DNA from: Nemertoderma westbladi
Taxonomy: Eukaryota > Animalia > Xenacoelomorpha
Direction of reading: 5' to 3'
Assembly: GCA_032718475.1 (NCBI GenBank)
Contig: JAUCBJ010003506.1
Span: forward strand, 3,547 to 67,546
Length of the DNA: 64,000 nucleotides
Shown: piece after piece, positions 1 to 11,312 of the stretch
How the letters are laid out: each line of letters opens with the position of its first letter
Position numbering within the stretch: position 1 is the first letter of the stretch
Program-made: the position numbers and the translations under genes
The notes under the pieces: generated by a model
The model's database searches: none
What the model saw: the letters and a program-made list of their open reading frames with translations, nothing else
Told to the model about the DNA's origin: nothing

Positions 1-99
1 GTTTAAATAATATTTCGAATTTTAATCAATTAATTTAATTAATTAATTATAATTTAAAAAATCGGATTGATAATATTTTTAGATTCGAAAGTGCTGATC

Positions 100-325
100 T
101 AAAAAAGTTGGTTTCAAAAAATTTGGATAAATATTAAGGGACTAGAAGTGTTTTTAGTGAAATATTTAATTCCACCGCTCGCCGCTAGAGGGAGACAAAA
201 AAAAATTCAAAATTGATTTTTTGTTGCTCTTTGGCGTTCCAACAATGCTATTGATCAACCACACGATATTAGAGCTGTTTAAAATCTTCTGAGGGGTGAT
301 CCCCCCCCCCCCCCCCCCTTTAAAA
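100..325. mobile_element. Degenerate terminal fragment of a non-autonomous DNA transposon-like repeat (related copy at ~4960-5175)
   Basis: Collinear motifs are shared with 4960-5175 (aaaa..tggtttc.aaaa; cgct..gctag.ggga..caaaa; tcaaccaca), and both copies end in cccc(t)ttaaaatg, a CC-TTAA type end. Similarity judged by eye. Confidence 0.35.
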
Positions 326-364
326 TGTAATGATTATTTGTAAAAATTAAAATGTAATTATACG

Positions 365-655
365 GAACTACTGCAGCTTCAGCCAACCCAGTTGTAATGA
401 GGACCTTGTATTTGCTGAGAGAGTACAGTAGTGGGAGTATTCTAGTTTGGGAGTTAGGGTGGCGGCTTCCCCTGCCTTACCAAGCGAGAAGAGACTTCAG
501 TTTGGCTCACTGATGACGATGACTTTACCTTTACGCGGTCATTCTTTGTTGAGAAGTTTCTCGAAATGGACTTTCATCCCGCCGGTAGGAGTTTAGATCG
601 TGAAGCAGAACTTAATGACTCATCAATAGCGCAACTCCAACTATCTATGTTATTT
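365..655 (-). mobile_element. Highly decayed non-LTR retrotransposon (RTE-X-like) linker fragment
   Basis: The minus strand encodes (W)KVHFEKLLNK around 550-580, matching WKAHFEKLLNN in the LINE copy at ~10640-10672. Frameshifted and otherwise diverged. Confidence 0.35.
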
Positions 656-1717
656 CTGGATAAGAGATAGGAAGAGATAGGAAGAGATACGGAAGTCCAC
701 TATAGTACTGTATTTAACTTCTATTTAAGTAATGCCTCATTTAGTAAAATTATATGGCTGGGGATTAAACACATTTTTGGCACTTTTTTCAAATTATTAA
801 TGTGGTAGGCCTACTGGTAGTACCGTAAGTAGTGCGATATAAATGCAAAATCAGATAATAACTATAGGCCTACTACTGTATAACTACTGTATAATCACAA
901 AAATAATATCGATATAATACTCCATATAACTGGTAAAATGGAATGAGCTACAATCAACCCAAACCCATACAAACTAATGTAAAAATAATTGCAAAATAAC
1001 TCAACAGTAAGGTAAAATAAAATGCGTAACACAACATTTCAGACTTTAATTATTGTTTTTGCAATACTGGGTGGATGATACTGTCTAATAAACATTCCTT
1101 ACCCTTTTATGAGAAAATAACTTTCTAGTTTACAGGTTCTAGAACACAGAACTAATCGAAGGAATGTTTGATGTTATCTCAGATTCGATAGCAAGATGAC
1201 TTTCTTGTTTTAAGTCGATAATTCAGTGAAAAAAACTTAATTAAAAAGTCTGTTGAAGCTTAACGGAGACGTTGGTTAATTGTAAATATTTTACGTACAT
1301 TCGCGCACGGTAAACTTATACCAGAGTATTCCGATAGCCATGAAATTCTACGCTAATAATAGTTTAGGTACAGAACATTAGTTTAAAGATTAGGTATCAC
1401 AATACAGTAGACCCAAATAATGCTAATGATAGATCGATTGACAAATAGTTGAGAAAAAGCGCCACATTAGTAGCTCTACTAATACTGTAGTCACATCATA
1501 AGCGAAAGTCTTTGGCGCAGAAAAACGGATTCGTAACGGTACAAGCAATAACAAAGAAGAACAAAATATTTCCTAAAGTTCCGGTACGCCTACTGTAAGT
1601 TTGTGCAAATTTCATATGAAATTTGACATCCATTTAAATGTCTAACTAGTAAAGTTATATAAAGTTACAAATAATGTTTAAATGTTTTTCTCTCGTCTAC
1701 AATATGAAGTCACAACT

Positions 1718-2398
1718 TTACATAGTAAGATGATTGAGCAGGAGAGCAACTGCGGCCAGCATCGCGTTTCCAACGCAAAATGGAGCGGCACTATCGTCTG
1801 ACTCGTCGTCGTCACTGGAACCGGTTTCGAGACCGGCAACGGCAACGTCTCGGCCAGTACCGAATATATCATGGCTCCAATCGACTTCACCTCCTTCACG
1901 AGGTTCCTTCTCCCACTCTACCGCCTCTAGAGAGGTGCACTTGGCGTCACCATCGCAACACTTGGACTGCGCCGAGATATGGAATGGTTTCGTACGGTTG
2001 AAAGCATCCGTGAACTCATCAACCATGTCAACAGCTTTATCAACGGCTGTATACACCGCCTCGTCGATGTCTATACATGGAATATACTTTGGGGCGCATG
2101 AACGAACTTCTATGACCTCGAGTGATTTAATATCTCCAACGAGATTCCCGAGGTCTTCTGATATAGCACTGACATTCAAGGTTCCCGCTAATTGAATGAA
2201 CACCTGTAGGCATCCTTTCGAGCATGTTTCTTCCTTTTTCGCCTTATTAAGAAGAGCGTCCGTAAATGTCTTTAGGGCAGTGTTAGCTACAGGGTAGCTC
2301 GCGTAAGGATCTACGCCGATGCCGAGTGTGCAGACGTCACTGGCTGAACCTAAAGCGGCGAAACTAGAAAGAACCAAGGAAAATATAATGATTGCCAT
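1718..2398 (-). CDS. Single-exon predicted secreted, GPI-anchored cysteine-rich protein (226 aa), possibly Ly6/uPAR three-finger-like
   Basis: ATG at 2398 starts a hydrophobic signal peptide (MAIIIFSLVLSSFAALGSA). There are 8 Cys in the mature part (VCT, TCSKGC, RSC, PC, CCDGDAKC), an acidic linker, then small residues and a hydrophobic C-terminal tail (SAAPFCVGNAMLAAVALLLNHLTM). Coding-like GC elevation relative to the flanks. Confidence 0.75.
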   Translation of the reverse strand: MAIIIFSLVLSSFAALGSASDVCTLGIGVDPYASYPVANTALKTFTDALLNKAKKEETCSKGCLQVFIQLAGTLNVSAISEDLGNLVGDIKSLEVIEVRSCAPKYIPCIDIDEAVYTAVDKAVDMVDEFTDAFNRTKPFHISAQSKCCDGDAKCTSLEAVEWEKEPREGGEVDWSHDIFGTGRDVAVAGLETGSSDDDESDDSAAPFCVGNAMLAAVALLLNHLTM

Positions 2399-3307
2399 CG
2401 CTACGTGTGTTTCTTTGGTATTTTCCGTTATGTTACCAAAAAACGTCAACCGCAATTAATTCTATTTGTACATTAAAGATTTGATGGTAGAAGAAACTAA
2501 ATTGAAATGTGTAGAGTCGTTCTGAATTTATACTACTGTAAGTCTGTTTAAAAGCCACATGTAAAGAATACCAGGATTTCTATGGGTACTATAGACAATA
2601 CAATTATTGGAAAGATATGTTAAATATATAAAATGAATATTGTTTTTGTTTTCTAAATTGTCAAGTAAAACTAATCCACATTAATGCACTACACCATGAC
2701 TGTCAGACTGGCGCCTAGTGTTTGGGCAATTGCTTAACATGGAATTGTTTGTACGTGATTTTTTGTGAAATCTCTATCAGTTATGTTGGCAGTGACCATT
2801 CCAGAACTTCGTTAAATTATTTATCAGATCGTAAATGCATTGATGATTGATAGTAGATGCGGCGCAATACAAGCAGGAACACTGCCTAGCGTAGACAAAA
2901 TAAAAAGTCAAAGATACCAATTTTGTCTGTTTATATTGCATGAAAGTGAAAAGTGAAAAAAATTACTGGTAGGTAGTGAGAGTTTTGAAGGTAACTGAAA
3001 ACTGAAAAACCAACTGTCAAGTATACATATATTATCATAATGGTCTTTTGTAATGTTCTTGCGGTCACTTAGCAGCATTATTGCGGGCACTAAGATGTCC
3101 CATAGGACGTTAGTGCAAGTAATATACAACAGGCCATGAAGACATTTCCCGCTTCTTTAGTTCCTGCTGATGCAAACGAGTTGTTACTTTCTTAAACTTC
3201 AAAGGTACAAATTTAAAGTATTTAGTTCCCTCATCTCGTTATTTAACATTTTAATTTCAACTTGGATCTTTTATGATTAAAAAATTAATTAACCTCAGCT
3301 AGACAGG

Positions 3308-3432
3308 CCCATGTGAAGAATACCAGACTTTCTGCCGTTATATTTCACTTTGCAGTTACCCCCATGTGAAGAATACCAGACTTTCTGCCGTTATATTTCA
3401 CTTTGCAGTTACCCCCATGTGAAGAATATCAG
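3308..3432. repeat. 53-bp tandem duplication (~2.3 copies)
   Basis: cccatgtgaagaataccagactttctgccgttatatttcactttgcagttacc repeats at 3308 and 3361, with a partial copy at 3414. Confidence 0.9.
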
Positions 3433-3699
3433 GTTTTCATCAAAAACACAGGTTACAGAAGGGTTGAATTTAACCAAAACAATAAACGAATTAGTATATG
3501 TACAGGTTATAAGACATAAATAAGCGCTATAAAACACTTAATAAAGATAAATTAAAAAAAATAAAAAATCTTTATATATAAAATTCTAATAAAAAGTCGA
3601 CCGAAAAGTGAAATCCTGGTATTGAAGGTATGATAGTGACGAAACATCGTCACTGACATAGAACGTATCGGCGTGTGGCAAACCGAACGTGAAAAACAA

Positions 3700-3767
3700 T
3701 ACGAAACTTTTTTGTATTTCGTATCGTATCTTGGATTTTTCGTATCGTATCGTATCCTGTCCCTGGC
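3700..3767. mobile_element. DNA-transposon/MITE terminus-like fragment with (cgtat)n subterminal repeats
   Basis: ttggatttttcgtatcgtatcgtatcctgtccctgg; a degenerate same-orientation relative lies at ~4377-4476 inside PFDN6 intron 2. Confidence 0.35.
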
Positions 3768-4130
3768 CATTGACTCTACTATTACAATAATTTTTCAATT
3801 TTACGTAAAGGAAGTGAATTTTTCACAATTTAATCTCAAATGTTCTCTTATAATGTTGAGGTACGATCTGGGAAAGACCTGTCCCATTTTCGTCATTGCT
3901 ATTTTTTCTAAAAATCTTAAAATTACATTAGAAGTAGCAGCCAGCAGGTACAACTTTGGTTAAGTGGACCAGATATATACAACAAACAGTTTCATACCGG
4001 TTAAACGGTTAGTGTAATTTATTTAATATATTGCAATATTTCATTGATTACAGTTAAATTAGCAATAAAATAATCCTAAGAGATTACTTTACTAAGTCCG
4101 TTAAGAGATTACTTTACCGACTTTATAAGA

Positions 4131-4263
4131 CTATTTTACGGATTGGGGAGTACCCGGTGATGGAGTTTGGGTTTGCTGGATTTTTTGTTGGAGTTTCGTA
4201 ATTTTTTCTTGGCAACTTTTCTGTTTCTCCTCGAGTGCACCAACATTCATATCGATTCGTTTA
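4131..4263 (-). CDS. PFDN6: Prefoldin subunit 6, coding exon 3 (last)
   Basis: Acceptor ttgcag| at 4264-4265, phase matches exon 2 (AT|T = Ile). Encodes IKRIDMNVGALEEKQKSCQEKITKLQQKIQQ..., with stop TAG at 4131-4133. Confidence 0.9.
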
Positions 4264-4499
4264 CTGCAAGAATAACAAACAATATTGTAAACAATTTGAT
4301 GAGAGTGGCTGGAGACAATGTATTGGATAACAACTGTGATAAAAATACGATCTACTAACAAAAACACGAATCTCTTTTGGATTTTTCCTAATGGTTTCGT
4401 ATTTTCTCATAATCACATTAGTATCGAATCGTATCATGACAGATAGTTCGTATCGCATGCATATCCTTTCCCCGGCAGAACTTTTAAATAAATACTCAC

Positions 4500-4695
4500 A
4501 TTTCACCTTGAATGTAATCAATCCGCTTGTCAACAGTACTCTTAGCCTCCTCGAGATCTTGTTTCACAAGAACCGGCCCAATTAGTTTATATACGTTGGC
4601 ATCGCCCTCCAATATATTGAATTCATTCTTCACCATATTATTCTCATGTAGTTGCCCATCCAGTGTTTGTTTTAGTTGAATAAGTTTTGACAATT
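4500..4695 (-). CDS. PFDN6: Prefoldin subunit 6, coding exon 2
   Basis: Encodes LDGQLHENNMVKNEFNILEGDANVYKLIGPVLVKQDLEEAKSTVDKRIDYIQGE, the diagnostic PFDN6/Yke2 beta-prefoldin motif. Acceptor ttttcag and donor gtgagt. Confidence 0.95.
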
Positions 4696-5266
4696 CTGAA
4701 AATAATAATAATAAAGGTTTCAAATAATTGGGTTGTCGCCCAGTTCTGTTCTCATGGCCAAATTTTACAATGCCCATAATATAATTTTTAAAGGAAAATA
4801 ATTATTTGATTATACTAAAGGCATTCTCCTGATTTCATAAAATTTCCCCCTTTTTGAATGAAAAATTAGAAAAAAAACATAGTTTTTAACTTTTTTTAAT
4901 GTTGAATTGTTTTACAAAATTGCCAATTAACAGAAATAGAAAATACAAAAAGTGACCATTCAAAAAATGTGGTTTCGAAAAATAAAAATAACGGAGGAGT
5001 CTATTTAGATAAATTTTTAAAATCTCACGCTGTCAGCTAGGGGACGCCAAAAATGTTGCTTTTTTAAAATTTTTATTTACTTTATTTCATTCTCTTTTCG
5101 ATGGTATATCGTATTCTATTCATTTTTCAACCACATTGGAGAAATATAATACAAATTTAAAAAGCCCCTTAAAATGATTGACAAATAATATAAAATCACA
5201 GATTTTGAAAAATATGTGGTTTCCTTTATAATATATTCTTAAGGTACCGGCAAGCCGACTTTAGAG

Positions 5267-5441
5267 GGGTGTAAACGCTACGTCGACAACCGAAAACCAC
5301 TGCCGACAACATGAAAATGTAATCTGAGTTCGTGACTCTCGTTTATTGTTTTGCTTAGAATAACCTTTATATTCCTTTCCCTCAATAAATAAATAACAAT
5401 AATTAGATTTAATATTGGTTGTCGGCGTAGCGTTTACACAC
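5267..5441. mobile_element. MITE with ~24-bp TIRs and 9-bp TSD (Mutator-like by TSD length) in PFDN6 intron 1
   Basis: TIRs gggtgtaaacgctacgtcgacaacc / ggttgtcggcgtagcgtttacacac. Direct repeat actttagag at 5258-5266 and 5442-5450. Confidence 0.75.
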
Positions 5442-5460
5442 ACTTTAGAGGGGTTAATTC

Positions 5461-5692
5461 AACGTTACAATAGGGTCTGAGTTGGGAACTTCCCTCGCTG
5501 CTTAAACTCATATCTCCTTTAAATAAAATAACTAATATGTTTCTGCCGTCTAGTTTGGTTAATGGTTAGGCATTGCTTTACTCTGATGATGGCCCTCCCT
5601 AGTGGCAGTTTTAAACATATTACTTATTTTATTTAAAGATGATGAGTTTTAGCAACGAGGGAGGTCCCCAACTCAGACCCTATGGTAACGTT
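5461..5692. mobile_element. Foldback MITE with ~90-bp imperfect TIRs in PFDN6 intron 1
   Basis: aacgttacaatagggtctgagttgggaacttccctcgctgcttaaactca... is the reverse complement of ...tgagttttagcaacgagggaggtccccaactcagaccctatggtaacgtt. Confidence 0.8.
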
Positions 5693-5940
5693 TATAATAT
5701 ATTAAATAATACTTGATACGGTAGGTAACAGGTCCAGCTACAATTTAATATATAATTTTTGAGTGCAAATGTTCCAGGACATAATCAAAATTTGTATTAA
5801 CTTTGTAAATTTCCAAGTCAACATCAACGTAACTATGTCATGGCAATGGTAAGCAGATCGGTATGGCAGGTACCAGTGTACCGTACCGGGTCAGTACTAA
5901 TGTACCGAACAGCCGACTAAAGTATCCAGAAGAAACAAAC

Positions 5941-6013
5941 CTTTTGATGTAGCTCCAAACTCTTCTACCAGTTTCTGGAAATCTTTTTGAGCTTGAGCTG
6001 GTACCGATGCCAT
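5941..6013 (-). CDS. PFDN6: Prefoldin subunit 6, coding exon 1
   Basis: ATG at 6013, MASVPAQAQKDFQKLVEEFGATSK, donor AAG|gtttgt. Phase 1 joins exon 2 (G|AA = Glu). Total CDS 402 nt = 133 aa, the expected size for PFDN6. Confidence 0.85.
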
Positions 6014-7895
6014 AATATTGTTAAATATATATAATATACAACACAAACTAAACAGCTAAAATAGGCACGGTACAGAGATATGGTATCTGTGGTACACAAT
6101 AACTAAAGAAGGGTTCAACAAAAATGAATCTACTTAAACTACATACCGATACCGACACCCAACTGTCGTGGATTGATTAACTGCTATATACAATGTGAGC
6201 AACCAAATATGTTATTACCATACAATTATTTATAAATTATTAAAAATGTCCATTATATTTTCAGATTTATGTTGAAGTAAGTCGTAAACAACGTAGAGAA
6301 TGCTTTAAATCTATAAAAGCTCAGAAGTTGCTGACATACTGCGGATTGATGAGAAGTGGAACGACCGGAGATGGGGACTCGTAAAGGTTCTCGTTAATTA
6401 CTTGCTTCTGGAACCGGTGTAGAGATGTGGTGCGCGGGTGCAGCCGAAGTACAGCAATATCAGTTGCACCGGTAATGATATAGATGCTGCGAGGCTAAGC
6501 TCAGCATGATTTTGTTATCAGTTGGCGTAGCTTTGGACCGAGGCCGCGCAGGATTTTTCGCAATGGGCAGATGGGCGCCGCGTTAGGCATAGTCACATAG
6601 ATCAAAAGTTATCAACTAAAACTAAATTAAGTTAAAATCAGTCAATGCAATACAAGCGTACCCGTACACCAGACACAACCAACAACTACCACCAGCACCA
6701 CGTCTACCACGCACGACGCACCCCGACCCCACCAGCCAGCCAACACAGCACCACTACCAGATGCCAGACTACCTGACAGCCTGACTACCACTACAGTCAT
6801 GCTGTCATGACAGTACTGCAGTAGTCTGGTAGTACTAGTACACTGCAGCACTGTGCTCGTGCTGCAGCTGCACTGTAGTATCTGAGTACAGGAGTAGGCT
6901 ACCCCTATTCCTATATGCCTGTCAGCCTGTACAGCTGTATGCCTATGCTGCTATGTATACTGCCAGACTGCAGTACTGGATACTGGACTGCCGTTCCGTT
7001 ACGCAGGTACGGTCACTGTCACACTGGTACCTGGGTACAGTCCTGCAGGACTGCTGTCTACAGTGGCAGCCTGGCAGATACAGGCCCAGGCAGCCAGCAG
7101 GTACTGAGGCAGTGAGGTAGCAGGTACAGAGCAGCAGAGGTAAGACAGTAAGATCTGAAGATGGGCTATTCACTGCAGCACGACATTGCCGAAACCCAGG
7201 AAACCACATACAAACCTACAGAACTACCCATCCCCATCCCGGTCTGTGACTGTGAGTATACAGCTGTCTGCTGGTCTGTTTGAATAGCGAACACCCACTT
7301 TTTATCGTCCAGACCGTCTGACAGTAGTATGTACAATGTATCATACCGCAGTACAGCAGTACCGGTACTGCAGTACTGTCCAGAGTCAGCTGGTAATATA
7401 ATAGTGTTGCCAGGTAACGGGAACAACGTCAGAATTTATTAGTAGGCGGCCTGATGTTCTGCGTTGAAAAGTTCGAGACAGTTGCTATATACTGTTATTC
7501 AAGCCAAACAGGAATTCTATTATTTTTTCCCCCAAGAAATCACATTATATTTCAGACAAAAGATTGTCAGATTGTTGTATAGTAATAGTACTGTAGTAGT
7601 ACAGTATATTACTGTATGTGATACAAACTGTTATACTTGTTAAAGTACTTTGGGACCGCTGGGACCTGACACCTGGGAGTGTATTTCCTGACTGCGCGTT
7701 TCATTTGCTATTCATTCTACTTTGGCACCCAAAATTAAAAAAATTTATTAAATTGTTTCTTCAGTTTGTTTTTGGTAGAATTTTATTTCATATATGTAAT
7801 GCTACGATTAATTTTTACATACATTTCTTTAAAAAAACTTACTCCGGAGTCCAGTGTACATTTACTATAATCCGATCTAAAACTATCAATAAATA
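6014..7895. promoter_or_regulatory. Divergent (head-to-head) promoter/5'UTR region between PFDN6 and the CCDC33-like gene
   Basis: Start codons point away from each other 1.9 kb apart. There is a GC/CpG-richer patch at ~6400-6600 and low-complexity cag/ctg/tac-rich DNA at 6640-7400. Confidence 0.6.
7406..7418 (+). promoter_or_regulatory. RFX X-box motif
   Basis: GTTGCCAGGTAAC fits GTNRCC(N0-3)RGYAAC, ~480 bp upstream of the CCDC33-like ATG. A half site GTTGCTAT lies at 7481. Confidence 0.6.
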
Positions 7896-8218
7896 ATGGC
7901 TGAGACAATAACACCACGTGATGCGTCTTCTCAAGATGCGAATTCAATAGAAGACAAAGAGTTGGAGTTTCGTTTCCGAATTGTTGATATTCAATTCAAT
8001 CAAAAGGGGGAATATTTTCTCACACTGTCGATACAAAATTCGAGCCCGGAAGCTGAGAAGTTATACAAGAATATTCGAGTTGCCGTCAACGATAAGTACG
8101 ATTCTATGGTTAGCGATGGGAAGGCTAACACCGATACTGTTCAACAGAATGATCTTGATTCACAACTTCAGTTCAACAATCACACATTCTCGTTTTTGTT
8201 GCCCCGAGGATTTTGCAG
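7896..8218 (+). CDS. CCDC33: Coiled-coil domain-containing protein 33-like (N-terminal C2-like region), coding exon 1
   Basis: EDKELEFRFRIVDIQFNQKGEYFLTLS...VNDK...TDTVQQ...FSFLLPRGFC aligns with the recalled vertebrate CCDC33 N-terminus ([27 protein letters not shown]...FIFTLPKGFC). Donor AG|gtaatt, phase 2. Confidence 0.85.
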
Positions 8219-8389
8219 GTAATTGTAACTACCGGTACTGTAGTAATACTACTGTATACCTTCAGTACTAAACTATTTACACCGCCTAAAACTAACACTA
8301 CAGTACACTATTTAATTATATCCATCTATAATCGGCCCGCAGCATTGCGGGTGCAGCTTCACATTGAGATGCTATGCTATCACCATGCA

Positions 8390-9490
8390 ATCATCATTTG
8401 GCATACTCCAATGCAGCGTGCATTAAGAATGCTATGCAGGCTATGGAGAAAATTGCGCCTCCACAACTCCTTTGACTTCAGCAAAGGAGATATCGTCTCG
8501 CCAATGGGAATATCTGGGAGTACAGACTAGTACACTTTTCTTCTACAAAGTTATCAGAGAATACCCTTTCATTATTGAGGAGCTTGGTTGGAAGTGGGCC
8601 TTTCCAACCATCATCGAGGCGATCAGCTGGTGATTCTGTCTTGACCCTTGAACCTGGTGGTTGGATGGCCGCAGTCATCAAGTTGATCAATGACCCATGG
8701 CTTGGGATGAATGCCTGAGCTCTATTCGGCATCATGCATGACCTCAACCTGCTCGTTGATAAGTTCCTGTAGATTTCTGAGAACTGCTTATTCAGGGTAC
8801 TACAGTAGATGCAACTTTAACTTCAATCTTGGCAGCTGTGTAGTCCGTTTGAGTAGGGACTCTCTTTGTGCCTTAGTGAGATCTTCTCGGCACTTCCAAA
8901 TTCTGTGGTCTGTCCTCTGTCCAGGGTGCCTTTTTCCTGCTTCGAGGGTATACATCAACTGTTTCTGCAGCTGCTCTGCCTTAAGTGCCTCTGTGAAGGC
9001 TTTATAGCCCTCACAATGATCTGTGTTGCCTCAGATACAAGAGCCTCATACCTGTTACTCAGCTGCAGTGTGAAACTGGATCTCACACTGGACTCTTACA
9101 ATAGAGAGGACCAATCATGCCGTGGTAAGGTAGATTTCTTGGTTCTGCTAGCGCGGAGACTAATTTTTACCTTAGTCGCAATAAGACTATGATAACTGGT
9201 GAAGGTGCGAAGAGTAAATTCTGCAGAGTCCTGTATTTCTTACGAAACAGAATTTGGTCTATCTGGGACTTATGTCCACTGGGTCCACTATGAGTCCATA
9301 GCTTTCCAGTTCGCTTCTTGAACTGGGTTGAAACCGAAAACAATCCAATTCCGGAGATGAAATCCTGAAGATGGACTGAATTTCGGTTGCCCATATCGCT
9401 GTAGACCCATGGCGATGTTGAGGAGCGATGGAGTTTGGCAGTAAAGTAACCAAGAAAAGTTAAGCATACATTCTGTAGTTGGAGGCTACT
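8390..9490 (-). mobile_element. RTE-X-like LINE copy A (endonuclease-linker fused to the element 3' end by internal deletion)
   Basis: APE endonuclease motifs (LGYFTAK~GDFNA, KLWTHSGPSGHKSQIDQIL). Near 8470 the linker joins directly to the 3' terminal sequence gagttgtgg.ggcgcaatttt...cattcttaat also seen in copies C and D. Confidence 0.8.
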
Positions 9491-9519
9491 CTCATGTTCC
9501 ACCCCGACCAACCAAGCCT

Positions 9520-10806
9520 TTGGTGAACCTGAGGCAAGTCACTAAACTAGCCTCAATTAATACCCTAACACTCGTGTCCCCAATGCGACAAGGTGAGCTG
9601 ATTGCTTTGGCAGATAAACGTTCTCTTAGCGCAATGGGTTTTCAAGAGCACCCAATGCAGACTGGTCAGCCTGATGAGGTTCTGATTAAGGACAAGGGGG
9701 CGGTTGGAAAACAACTAGTTGAGCCCCAGCAGAGGAGGTGGAAAATTTCTACCACAACCTACAATCAACTACTGATGGAGTAGATCAGCATGCATTCTTA
9801 ACATTCCTGGGAGACTTTAATGCAAGTCTGCACCAATCACCTACATCGCCATCCGCCATGGGTCTATAGCGATAATGTTAACCGAAATTTCGTCAATCTT
9901 CAGGATTTAATCTCTGGAAATGGATTGTTTTCGGCTGTAACCCAATTCTGCAGTTCAAGAAACGAACTGGAAAGCTATGGACTCATAGTGCACCCAGTGG
10001 TCACAAGTCCCATATAGACCATATTATGTTTCGTTAGAAATACAGGAGCTCTATACAAGACAGTAATGCATTAACACTTCGACCCTTCTCCAGTGATCAC
10101 CGCCTTATTGTAGCCAAGGTAAGTCTTAGTCTGCGTGCTAGCAGAACAACGAAATCTGCCTTGCCGCGGCATGACTGGTCCTCTCTGTTGCAACAGCCAA
10201 GTGTGAGATCCAGCTTCACACTACAGCTGAGCAACAGGTATGAGATTTTTGCCTCTGATGCAGCAGATCACTGCGAGGACTATACTGCCTTCACAAAAGC
10301 AGTTAAGTTAGCAGCTGCAGCTGCAGAAACATTTCATGTATACCCTCGAAACAGGAAAAGGGCCCCCTGGACTGACAACAAAATTCAGAATTGCCGAAAT
10401 GACCTCTATAATGCGCAGAAAGAGTCCCGACTCAAACAGGCTACAGCGGCCAATGAACAGGCAGTAATCTGTTAATCTACAGGAACTTATAAACCAATAG
10501 GGAGGTTGATGTCATCAATGATGGCGATGACAGCAGGCAATCATCCCAGGCATGGGAATCGATCAACTTTCTGCCTGGGCGGAAAAGCCAACCAAAAATT
10601 AAGATTAACGCAGAATCACCAGCCGATCGCCTCAATGGTTGGAAGGCCCACTTTGAAAAGCTCCTCAATAATGGTAGGGTATTTATTGCCTGATAACTTT
10701 ATAGAAGTAAAAGTGTCTGACTCTGTACGGTACACCCAGATATTCGCATTGGCGATATCTCCTTTGCTGAAGTGAAGGCTGCTGCAAAGAGCATTAAGAC
10801 CAACCT
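9520..10806 (+). mobile_element. RTE-X-like LINE copy B (endonuclease and linker, decayed)
   Basis: ASINTLTL...GEL...FQEH, FLGDFNA, IDHI, SSDHRLIVAKVSLSLR, LQLSNRYE and WKAHFEKLLN motifs with stops and frameshifts. It is the inverted counterpart of copy A. Confidence 0.85.
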
Positions 10807-11312
10807 CTACTACTACTACGATCGGCATACTGCATTGCAGCTGCATTATATATATATTACATATATATTAATAATGCTGTGCCTGCTTGTCGACTAAATT
10901 GCGCCGCCACAACTCCCTATCACCCATGACATTTGCTAGATCATCCGCATCTACAAGACCACTGTGATTTAACATGCGTCTCAAGAAAGTCATGGGTTGT
11001 CCATCATACTTATTAACTTCATGAGGTAGCCAAAGCACAAGATTATGCACTGGCTGGTTCTCCCAACGAAAGCAATGTCCTGTAAAACGGAGGAGGTTCT
11101 GTTCAAGTCTCAACCTAGGAGAGCCTAATTGAACACCTCCACTGTTGTATAGAGTCTGATTTGAGATGTGTTCATTGTACTTAACACAATGAACCCGGCG
11201 CAGCATTCTTGTGAAAGTACATCCAGAGATTTGGTATCCTCTGCAGTTAGAGCTCAGCATGGACTCCCATACAAGAGTACTGGTATATGCTACTGCAGCC
11301 ATAAATAATCGA

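Noticed and set aside
509-570. Second hammerhead candidate (ctgatga...gaaa)
   Set aside because: No stem II closing directly onto GAAA and no stem I/III pairing; it falls in a decayed LINE fragment.
1734-2195. 153-aa plus-strand ORF, and the antisense/alternate-frame ORFs over GNL3 (16299-17561)
   Set aside because: Shadow ORFs of real coding sequences, with no independent motifs.
4496-4777. ORF-track start for PFDN6 at 4777 (MGIVKFG...)
   Set aside because: 4696-4777 is intronic read-through. The true N-terminus is the exon at 5941-6013, with matching splice phase.
5588-5608. CTCF-like motif (gccactagggagggccatc on the - strand)
   Set aside because: Mismatches at core positions and located within a MITE; not supportable.
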